Of a stretch of DNA of 64,000 nt, positions 1 through 11,300 are shown one piece after another. The translations under genes were made by a program, and so were the position numbers. Source of the stretch: Camelus dromedarius (lineage: Eukaryota); contig NC_087436.1 in assembly GCF_036321535.1 (NCBI RefSeq), positions 57,848,001 through 57,912,000 on the forward strand, given 5' to 3'. Position 1 is the first letter of the stretch, and each line of letters opens with the position of its first letter. The notes under the pieces were generated by a model. That model searched no databases, was not told the DNA's origin, and saw only the letters and a list, made by a program, of their open reading frames with translations.

Positions 1-231
1 AAGAGACTGGAACCAAATTCTTAAGCTCTAGTATCTTAAGTATCTTAACTATATTAGTTGACTTTAGCATATTTTGGTTTTTCTGTTTCTTAGTTTTCCT
101 TTATTTGACCTTGACTTAGTTCTAATATATCATTTATTTGCTAATTCTTTATTATTTATTTTAATGTATTTTTTATTCTTTCAAGTGTCCTTGAACCCTC
201 TGTGGAGGAAGCCAAATCTGCAAAATAACTC

Positions 232-405
232 CAGGGATCAGCAAATGATGGCTGGCCCTAGGCCTCTTTTTGGTACAGTCCTTGAGCTGAAATAAGTTTT
301 ACATTTTATAGAATTATAAAAAACACATACATACATATATAAAAAAGACTATTTAACCATAAGTGGCCCTTAAGCCTAAAATATTTTAATGTTTGCCAAC
401 CCCTG
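232..405 (+). mobile_element. MER58-like hAT-Charlie DNA transposon (MITE)
   Basis: Terminal inverted repeats CAGGGATCAGCAAA ... TTTGCCAACCCCTG, with internal GTGGCCC..AAGCCTAAAATATTT typical of MER58. Confidence 0.8.
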
Positions 406-1667
406 GATTAGAGAGTTGGCTAGATGGCTAGTCAGCTACATCTTTAGAGGGTCTCTTAAATCCTTCACAATAGGAATGCACTTAACCTCAAGTACAAACT
501 AGTATTCATGACTAACACACTATCAGGCTGACCATTAGGTTATAGAACAATGATTTATATTTGAGTGTTTTGCAAAGACCAAATGCCACAAAATAAAGCA
601 GTCAGATTTTGGGTAGAAATAACAGTTGATGTTCCAATTCCTCTTTCTTTTTGCTTTACTCAAATTGTTTGATTGTAGTGGTATGCAAACTCTGTCATTG
701 TTTTAATTTGCAAATTTCTAATAAAGAAAGAAATATCTAGAAAATTTTTATTGTGTCACTTTAATATTCTATTGATTCTATTCATTACAGGGTTTTCTGG
801 GCTTTTTGAAAAAATTATAGGCAATGAGCTCAAAAGATGTGTTCTGATGACTAAAATTTGATATCATATATTAAATTTTAACAGTTCCTCATACAGGTAA
901 CGTATAGAATAAAAAAGCAATTTAAATTATAAATAAAGTTTTGTTTCCAAAATAAAGTAATACAAACTTGACTCTGTAGTAAACCCCATGGACTTACGGT
1001 GGATCAGATATGCTAGCGAGGAACATCCTCTGAAGAGTGGCAAAGTACTGGTACTGCTTATAACACAGCTCTAAAGTAAGTGTGCATGATATGTAAGAAA
1101 ATGAGAATTAAAATTAGAATAGTTTAATAGCTAACTTACAGCTTGTACAGACACATACTACATTTTAAAAGTTCGCCTAAATCTTCTCATATAAACCAAT
1201 AAGGAAAATCATAAATTTTAATATCTCATGGGCAATGTGTTATGTTTGAAAAAAACTATTGCCTTTATTTATTTAACTCTGCTTTACTAATGAAAATGGC
1301 AGCAGAAATGCACATATTTTTAAAACACATTCCAAATTACTTAGACAATATTAAGTATAGTCATTTTCAGAGAATTAAGAAAACAACTAGAATCCCAGGA
1401 GCATGGAGATATGTACAGTTAGAAGGATTAGTTTAACTTGCACTATAAAATTAATTGACTAGGTTTTTGAACCTCATATGTGATCATTACATTCACATTT
1501 TTTGTGAAATACAAGGTAAAGCACATAACTGACTTAACTCCTTCATCTGTTTACATACATCTGGATAATCAAAGACTTTATATAAAAATTAAAAACATAA
1601 ATTTTGATAGTCAAAGAATTTTATTTATCAATATAATTAGCTCTGCAATGGGCTTTTCTAAACTTCC

Positions 1668-1790
1668 TCACTGAAGTATAATTGACAGTATAAATTTCAT
1701 ATATTTGAAGTGTACATTTTGATAAATTTTGACATACATATGTATACGTGAAATTATTTCAAAAATCAAGATAATGAACATATTCATAGC
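1668..1790 (-). mobile_element. Old L1 (L1M-type) 3' end fragment
   Basis: TGAAGTATAATTGACA..ATATTTGAAGTGTACATTTTGATAAATTTTGACATA..AATCAAGATAATGAACATAT resembles the reverse complement of an L1MB-like 3' terminus. Confidence 0.7.
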
Positions 1791-3255
1791 TATTTTTAAA
1801 AGGAATACCGATTTCTTCTTTAGGGAACCAGAAAACTAGCTGGTGAGAGGTCAGATACTCTGGAAGTTTCAGTGCCTGGTTATGACTAATATGGAGCTGT
1901 CCATGTATTAATAGTAATACCATTCATTGATAATCTATTGAAAAGCTAAATCCATTCACAGTTTTGAACCTTAATTCCGGACGGTGCTACTAAGCACTAC
2001 AAAGCCAACTAACATGACTTCCAGGTACCTGTCCCTCTAATTACCCATCTTTTCATTTATTGATACAACATTGAGCAAATATGTACAATCTGAGAATGTA
2101 ACCAAGCTCCACTTGAAACAGAGGAGTAAAGCAGGCGACAGGTACCTACTGTATGCTTCTCCCTTTGATCTTCTCTCCCTTTCTCTGAAAACGTATCTTC
2201 CCTGGCTCCAGTGCCTTACAGTTACCCTAGTCAGTGCATCAGCCCTTAGTAATATTTCTCGCTTGGGCTACCTGCTTCCTAGGGCTCTAAGATCTAATTC
2301 TTCCTCAATTATCTCATTTCCACACACATTCTGTTTATGAAAAGAGAGGACAATAAGTAAATACACGTTCTAATCACAGGTTATTTACAGCTGAAAGTGG
2401 TAACTCCTTCTTTTCAAATCATTTTAAAAGCTGGTGTCTAGATGTTGCACTGAGAAACTAACAGTGAAGTATCAGGCACCTCCATGGATGATTAAAGATA
2501 TTTTGGGCGAAGATGAACATTATCCTGCTGCTTTCCAAATCTTACCAGAAAGGAGCCTTGCACAAAGCCATATTTATCTGCTTCTAACTGAGTCTTTGAT
2601 TCAAAACGTGAGCCTGAATTAATATAAAACATCACCATTTCTTTTTTGTACCTGGCTGCCATTAAAACCATGAAAACAGTATTCATGTGCCGTATTTGTT
2701 ATATTTAAGATCTTTAATTCCTTCGTGGGTTTCTCTTGCAACATCACTTTCTTAATGACTTCAGTAAATTTCATCAGCTTTTTGGTGGACTTAGAACATT
2801 ATTGTTTCATTTGACTTTGTACTCAACTAAAACCTGCAGTTCATTTTCACCTAAACTTCTATTAAGAAATATCTCTGCCAATTTTTATCACTGCCATTCT
2901 TTTTCTTATTGCAAGTGACAGGCGTGGCCTTTGTCTCCGTCCAAGTCCTTTCTGTTCGTTAAGGCCCATTACTGTCCTTTCCGTAACAGTACAGACTTTA
3001 CTATTCAAGCAACCAGATTTTATCTTTTGAAGCAAGAATTACATGCTTCCATGGGAACCATATTTTTAAAAAGTGTGGTCTGCAATTATAGTATTCCTGT
3101 AATTCTGTGTATATATTTTATAATAATTCAGTAGAATCAAAATATTTTATATTGTCAGTAATTTTCCCAGCAACAAACAATTAGAAAGATTATATTTCGT
3201 TTCTGTGCCTTGTTGAAGTTAAGGAAAAAACTGGACCTGCAGAAAAGAATTTGAC

Positions 3256-3345
3256 AAAGAATATATATGTATATACATAACTGAACCACTTTGCTGTACA
3301 CCTAAAACTAACACAACATTGTAAGTCAGCTATACTTCAAAAAAC
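3256..3345 (+). mobile_element. Short 5'-truncated L1 3' tip (cetartiodactyl-type tail)
   Basis: ATAACTGAACCACTTTGCTGTACACCTAAAACTAACACAACATTGTAAGTCAGCTATACTTC followed by an A run. Confidence 0.8.
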
Positions 3346-6300
3346 ACTTTTTTTTTAATTGGGAAGTAGGAAAATAGTGAGTAGATATTACCAGGTAGGG
3401 GCATTCACATATAATGTTATTCAAAAAGCATATTTTTGTTATACAATGCAGGAAAGAGAATTCATAAAATGCTATCAAAATTAAGGACAGGCTTTAACAT
3501 TAAAAATGCAATTTGTCTTAAAATACTTTATAACAGTTCTCTTTAGTAAGTGGTTAATATTAAAAGAATTCTTCACTAAAGATAAAAATATGAAATACAT
3601 TCTTAGTTTATTCTTTACAGGTTTAAATTCTTTCTATCTGTGGAAGCAATTTTTAATATTTGTAAAATTAGTATTCTATAAATAAAAATGATTAGACTAT
3701 TTCCTGAATTATAATATTTTAAATTATGGCTAGACTAATCTATAAATTATTGGTTTCATTGCCTACTACCCTTAAACACCATGTGATTGCATCACATTGA
3801 GCTGCATCACTGATTAAAATGTAATGAGAAAAAAAATGTAATGAGGCTACATAATTCCTTTTCTTCAATAATTTCTAAATTCAATTATTAATTATATCCA
3901 AGTTAAGGCATCAGACAATCAAAACTTTAGCTAGTTTCTTGATATCTCTTATATTTGGGGCTAATTTCCATTATTGCTATTAAGTAAATCAGGTAAATCA
4001 GATTTAAATGCTAGGCACTACAAATATAATGTATTTCTATGTTTCAAATCATCCAGAATGAATTTTGCTTTTTTCTACTTATTATTGACTTGATTATTAA
4101 GTTGTTAAATTAGTTGTGAATCTTCTGCTGCCACTACTTCTTTTTTTGTTCTACATGCATGCCCCCCCAAAAATAAGCAAATTATTTTCAAATCAGTTGT
4201 TTTAATAAAGTTATACAATCATAAGCATAGCACAATCTTAATGTTCTGGTAATTTTAGATTTCTATATCTTATGCTACCACACTAATTAAATATAAGATC
4301 CAAAGCAGCATCAGAGTTATTTGTGTGTGTAAATGTGTCTGTTATGAAGCTTTTAACATATAGTATAACTCACAAAATATCTTACCTATTTCTCTCTCTG
4401 TATATGTTATGAATACAGTATGTCTTTGGTCTATGTTGCTTTTGTGTTTATAAAGATATGTATATCCACACCATCTATCATGTTCCTATTATGTATCTAT
4501 CATCTATCTATCATCTCTATCTAAATTCTCATTAAAAAAGATAACTCTATCAATAGTAAGTACTCATAACTGCTTGCTGATATTACATGGTCTTGAATCT
4601 GTGATTTTTTTCCTTCAACATCGGGCTATCCTTGCTATGTCATGAGTCACCCAAACCTCATCTTGAAAAAAAGATAGCTGGCATAGTAGCTCAAATATAT
4701 TTTTGTCTGACTACATTGTGGCAAAAAACACTGTGGCTGGAAAACTCTACTTAGGATTATAAAACATCTCATTAAAAATAATTTATGAAAATATTCTATC
4801 AGAAATTCAAGTCACCCTCACCTGCACCCATTTATTTTTAATCAAAATGGGCTTTTGTTAACAATAGTAAGCTAAAACTGAATGTCAATTCAGAGTAAGG
4901 TAAAATGTAGCTGTCACTGAAAAGAAAATAAGACTTTGAACAAATGAATGGAACTATTACCTCTACAATGACAAATCAAAATCGAACAGAGAAAGGAAAA
5001 AAAAAAAGACAAGACTAAAAATTAAATATTACATAAAGTATAGTAGAATAAAGTTAAAAGTAGAATAAAACATAGACAAAAATATCTACACATATTTTAA
5101 TAATCAGGAGTTTCAAGAGAAAAGCATGAGGATTGACGTTATTTTCTAGGAAAATGTGATAAATTTTTATTAGTGAGATTTTAAATACAGCAGATTTTTC
5201 CCTTGGGATTTAATAAGCTATAAAAAAACTATGAATACATTTCAAGATTGTTCCAGACTTAGAATCTGAAAGAAAAAAAAAAAAACAGAACTGATCTCAC
5301 CTTTACTGTTTACCATAAAAGGTATAGGTTTTGAAATTGTGGAAAGAACTTTTAATGCAGTGGAAAAAACATGGAAGTCTAGAACTCTAGGCTTGGTTAT
5401 TCAAACAAACTAATGATTTTTAAGAGGGTCTTCAATCCACAAAACTCAGGTCTACATCTGTAAGATAGAGATATTTCACTTAACAGCTGCAACTTGGTAT
5501 GTTAAAGAATGGACAAGAACCCAGTTCCTGAACTGGAATTATTTTGTTTGCCGCAAGAGTAATTCTCCAGTTTCCAATTTTCTTTGGAAGAGAAAAATAT
5601 CCATTAGTACAGCATTTCCTATATGAGAGACAGAAATCTGACTTTTCCCCACAATCCTAAAAGACATTGTCTCCTATTTAATGAAAATACACTTATTCAG
5701 ATCATACTATTGCTCTAAATGGCAATAGACATTCTGAAATGCATTAGTCTGGGTCTGAAAGATTTCTCATCTCAGTTTGGGATACAGATTCATATCAGAC
5801 TTGAATGAATCAAAAGAAGAAATCTCAAGCAAAGCATTTCAAATGCTTTTCCAATTTAAACCCACAAAAACTACTTTTATTCAAGCACTCCAGGGTAATA
5901 AAACTTTCCATAGCTTCTGATTAAGAATTACTTGAAAACATTTTCAGCAGATAAGTACTTTTCTCCTCATGAGCATCAAGTGACTTTCTCAGGGTGATTA
6001 TATTCAGCTAGATGCATTCATTTTATTAATTAGACATTTCAAGGCATAACCTATTAATCCAAGGTATTTTAAAATTATTTTTTACAGTGAGATTCATTTT
6101 TCACTTTTGATTATAAAAAATAATTCTAGAAATACTATTTTACTATTATAATGAATCTTAATAACCCCGATAAAGTGTATTTACTGAATATTTTAAAATC
6201 AAAGTTCATTGCCAATAAGTATAAAACCCCTTCAATGCACCTGAATTGCTGTTATTAATAAAAGTGCCTCTAATTACTAAAAAGATCATCTCCATTTTCA

Positions 6301-8658
6301 AACATTCATTTTCCATGTTAGAAAGAATGCTATGCAAACTCAGCTTTCTATACAACTTCAATAAATTATTTATTAAATTCATACAGAATTTACTGGAAAG
6401 ACATTTAAGACCCTGGTGAAAATGCTGACAATTTAAAGTCAAAAAACTGTTCCTCAAAATAACATTTGTAACCTCAACAAGAAGTGGAATATATGTCAAC
6501 AACACCCAAGTTGCATGGACTTAATAATTGATAATAATGCTATGCATCTAAATAATAAGGCTTTATTTTTGAATAAAAATGTTTAACCATCACCTTAAAA
6601 AACTGCCCATCAGAATTCTTTTGAGCATGACAAAATTTTGGATGATATATATTTGATGATTTAAGTGCCTATGGAAACTGCAGATCAGAGCAGGAATAAG
6701 ACATGTTTTGTTTTTATTTTAAGCTTTTAAAAATCTTTATTACTTCTTCAGTCATTTATCTACTTTTTTAATGGTTAGCAAACACTTGGGATCCAGCATG
6801 GACTACTAGTTTCAGGATATAAAATAATGTGGACATTTATATTTTAATAAGACCTTATAGATAATATGAAATTATTTAATTATAAATTATTTTAAATTAA
6901 TTATTTACCATAAAATCCAAGTAACCTAAATTTTATAGGAAAAGGTATCAAATATTAATTTTTTTAAGTTAGAACAAATAAATGTATAATTCTGAGGTAT
7001 TGTTTCAACTCCTATCAAACTCTCACCAAAGGAAATCATTTGAAGACAAATTTCACATATTAAAAATCATGTTGGTTATGGAAAGAATTTTTAGGTTTAT
7101 TATTATATGTAAAATTGCCATTCTGTAAAATTAGATACATTTATCTTAATTAAAAATAGATTGTTTAATAAATAAGGCTACAAATTAATTCAACATGGTA
7201 TAATCCTTCAAATGAGATATAAATTGTATATTCTAATGTCATAGATAGTATCTGGAAACAAATAAAATGAATTGTTTTGCCATTTTAAAAACAGCACTTC
7301 AGAATGCTTTATGAAAGCACGATGGCATTGGAATGAAAGAATCAGAGAATGCCAGAGCCAGAGAGCAGACTTTTTCAAATACAGACTTGAAAACTTTTGT
7401 CCTCAAATTCTCAATTACTTGATATTTCTGATGAAGTTTCAGAAATAGTTTCTCTCCTCTAAATACAAAGAGAACTTCAAAATTATTTTTAACTTTTAAA
7501 ACTTAACTTTTTTTTTTAATTATAACAGTATTATATGCCCTTTGCAGAAAATCTGGAAAACATAGGAAAATGTAAAGGGGAAACTAACAGTAGCAACAGC
7601 CTGTAACCCTGCTATCAGAAGACCACCAAACTAAACAACTACAAAGAGAATTTTAAATATGAAACATTTTAAAACAGAACTACATGACTAGCTCGAAAAT
7701 GCTTTTTTTTTCATTTTTCATAGCCAGAAATAAACATTTATTGGATGCAAGATTATGAAGTTGTACACATTTTCAAAGAGAGGCATGATTAAAGAAGGAA
7801 ATATTTTCCATCAGATAAATAAGATCATGTTTGCCTTAATAGGTAGTATGGGTCCAAGGTCTCAGTAAAAATACCATACATTTGAATATTCTCTCCTCAA
7901 AGACCAAGAGTAGAGTGAGGAACATGCAGTCCATTCATAACCACATGTCGACAGTCTCCATGCTACTGGGGATGAAGATCAGTTGCTAAACAGCAGATTC
8001 CTGTCTTTATAGCACAGTCAATACTTACTGGTTTTAGCATGCAAATCAATTGTTTATACTCTTTGAAAATGGAACAAATTGTGTTACTTGTTTTTATTGC
8101 AACATACTGCCAAGAAAGAAATCTTGGAGGAAACTATATCCAAATTAATGGCAGAAACTTTAAAGGGGCAATAGTTCATACATCCAAGCCATCCCAAGTC
8201 TCAAAAAACATTTTTCTAATAACATAGTTTCTATTCAAAATAAATGAACAAATGCCAACCTCCTCATTTTCCAATCACCATAGAACAGCTTAATTGGGAC
8301 AAAAGTCTTAATGTAATAGTGTCTGACTAGCATTAGTGTGTCAAGAAGAAAAGAAAGGAGGCAATGCAGTCAGCAGTGACCAAAAGTCATGATTACAATT
8401 TCAATTATTCATCACTAACATGAATATAATAATTCATTAGTTTGAATTAAGAACCCCCAAACAAATGAGTTGTGAAAGTTCTGTTAGCAAATTTGGTGAG
8501 ATTATGTGCCCAGATTATTTAAATTTTTATAATCACTCCAATACATAAAACCCAGTTCCTGTTGAAAGAGAATTTATAATCCCCTGAAGGAGTCAAGACA
8601 GGCCCGGGAGAAAAATGAAAGATCTAAAATCAAATATTTCACCAGACTACAGAGAAAT

Positions 8659-10357
8659 TTAGAGGCGAAAGAAAGCAGATAATTTGAGGTACAATGACAA
8701 ACCCTTGGGATTATGGTTCAACTGAATCTACTGTACCAGGCATGTCACCATATAACAAATGAATCTGTTGTGAATTTTGACTATGTGGACAAATGACTCA
8801 CATGCTGTGTAACCCCTTCACTCAACCTATTTGAAATAAATCTTTGCTATCTCCACGTAAAGTTCAAGCAGGACAATGAGACCTTGCTAAAGGAGAACAT
8901 ATGAGCAAATGCTTCTCAATTTTGTGTACTCTTAACTTAGATTGCTTTAATGATCATTGCTCCGGTGGTGGGTCCTGGATAGTAATCACCATTTGTAGCT
9001 GAAACTACATTGTGTGGGTGGATCTGAGCTGGACTGGAGTTTCATCGGTGGTCGTGGTGTGTGTTGTATGTCTGTGTCTGTTGTGTGTGAGAGAGGTTGG
9101 AGTGAGGTAGATTCTAGTGTTCTTACAGTGGGTGCTGTCCAGTAGATTGGGAAGGAAACTGAACCTTGCCTCCTTTGTATCAGATATGGTCTTGAACTTT
9201 TAACACAGTCAGTCTTTAGCCACAGACTTTCTGGATCTTTTTACAAGCACACATGTCTGTAAAGATTTACTGATAGTCTGCATGTTAATAGCACCAACTT
9301 TCCTCATAATAAGCTCTTTCCTCAGAAGTAGTAAAATAATCCATACCAGGCAAGCAATCCAGATTTTGTAGTCTTTCCAAAAAAAGTTGTTAGTTCTAAT
9401 TTGATAGAAATTTGAACTGGAATTGTACACTATCAGGTATCTTTTCTCCGTGCTAGGAAGTCAGCATCATCCCATCCACCAAAAGAGATAGCTCCTGTTC
9501 TCTTGAGGCAGTGAATGCTGCTTGCCTGAAGCAGGACTCCCTCAGAAGTTATCTCAATTCGAGCAACAGCTAACTCTTTCAGAAAGATCAGACTAACTCT
9601 AACCATCACTGGATATAGCTGTAATTCTTTCGTCTATGTAGCAATAGGAGATGGGTTCCCTTTGAGGCAGAAATGATCCAGTCCACAGTATATACTTTTC
9701 AATAGTGTAGAGTTCCCTTACCCATCAGTAGGCTGCTGGGTCAATTATTTTGAAGGTCTAGCAGACTGGAAATTTTATAAGGTACTAGATTAAATTTCAC
9801 ATGAGTTTGAGATACACAGTATTTTTTGAAGACACACCAAAATAAAAGCTGATGGAGCTAAATTTATCACATATATTATATATATAGTAGGGTAGGAGAA
9901 AAAAAGTTGGAATGTTCACAACAGATTGTCAATTCAGAGTATTTTCTAGATTCTCTCCACTATATAAGGCTTCCAAGACATAAATTTATCATTAGAAATG
10001 TAATAGTAAATAAGGATGGCAGATTTTCCAATAATGAGTTTAATTATAAACACTGGGTTTATGCAGGCTATGTTGGCTACCAGATTCTCTGCTATTAGCT
10101 TCCTATTAAATTACAGATGCTTCCAAGTTTTGATTAACAGACTTGTAGAATTTTAGATTCAGAAAGTACATTAAACAATAAAAAGGTTAATTTTTCATGT
10201 TATCACTGTGATTGTCATGCATAATGCCCTGTCAATCATGTCTAAAATGAAATTATTCCTCCACCTCATATAGCAATTTCTTGTCAGAATAGCAACAGAA
10301 ACAACTTTTGTATTTCTTGTGTTGGCTTAAAAATGAATCACATAGTTTACTATCCAT
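8659..10357 (-). pseudogene. Candidate endogenous filovirus-like nucleoprotein (NP) element, decayed (many stops and frameshifts), in GRID2 intron 8
   Basis: Ordered blocks resemble Ebola/Marburg NP (references recalled): FYKSVNQNLEASVI (10150-10109) vs MARV YYNSDKDKFNTSPI; FILVCLQKILCISNSC (9846-9799) vs EBOV FASLFLPKLVVGEKAC; AFTASREQELSLLVDGMMLTS*HGEKIPDSVQFQFKFLSN*N*QLF (9518-9381, ungapped) vs [46 protein letters not shown]; C-terminal F..E*RGYT..ESF..NRF..*IQLNHNPK vs FSTSDGKEYTYPDSL..NRF..WPVMNHKNK. Confidence 0.8.
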
Positions 10358-10399
10358 TTTCAAATTGGCACTATTTTAATTATCTATTCATTATATAAC

Positions 10400-10590
10400 T
10401 CACAAACATACTTTCACTTAATCTTTACAATAATATTAAGGAATAGATATCTCTTATAAAATTATTCACATTTTACAGATAAAGGAATTGAGATTCACTG
10501 GGTTTAGTAGTCCTAAGATCACAGTCAGTAACTGACAGAATTTTAACCCAGGTATGTCTGACAGAAAAGGCTATGCATGTTTTCCACATT
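10400..10590 (-). mobile_element. MIR SINE
   Basis: Reverse MIR core CATTTTACAGATAAAGGAATTGAGATTCA..AAGATCACAG..TTTAACCCAGG. Confidence 0.75.
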
Positions 10591-11014
10591 ACAAAATATT
10601 AAATCTAGTCTAGTCATTTGAAAATGATCTGGAATTACAAATACCAATAATTGCTAACAAACCTGTACTTCTGTGTGCCCTTCTATTTTGCCTAGAATAA
10701 TCAACGTATTTGCTTAAAATAATCAAACTACTATATCCCTGTTCTCTCTGAATCCCTGCAAACAAAATATACAAAATATAAAAACTCCAACCTAATAATC
10801 ACTAAAATTATTGATTGTATTTTTTGTGACCAAAAGGGCCAACTCTGCTAGGCATTAAGGATACAGTGATGGAAATGGTGCAATTACACAAACACTTTCT
10901 AATCTGGCATGTCAACAATCATTTATGTGCGCATATTTTTTATTATTTATTTTCACAGCTGTTACACTTGTAGATGCAGAAAAGAATCTTAGATTCTTAT
11001 GTCAGTATGCACAT

Positions 11015-11300
11015 TATTCATTAGTTCATCTATTAACTACTTAATGAGTATCTACTATATGCCATGCTTTGGGAGACATAGCAAGAACAAAGGAACATTC
11101 TCATCTCTTGAAGTTACATTACAATGGGAAAGACAGGCTATAAAGAGGTAAATTTATTATATTTACTTGTGTGTTTACATATGCATATATGCACACATAT
11201 ATACACATTTATAAGGACTGTATGTATAAATTATATGTATGTATATAACATCAGCTTACAAAAAGTGCTAAAAGAAACATAAAGCAGGACAATATGTAAA
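11015..11300 (-). mobile_element. L2 3' end fragment
   Basis: TTCATTAGTTCAT..TTAATGAGTATCTACTATATGCCA.. is the reverse L2 tail pattern. Confidence 0.6.

Noticed and set aside
9209..9430. 73-aa ORF considered as a small gene, a bornavirus N (EBLN) fragment or an ELL/occludin-like domain
   Set aside because: Resemblance to those proteins was vague and not collinear. Most of this ORF is an off-frame read of the NP-like fossil, which fits filovirus NP much better across many ordered blocks.
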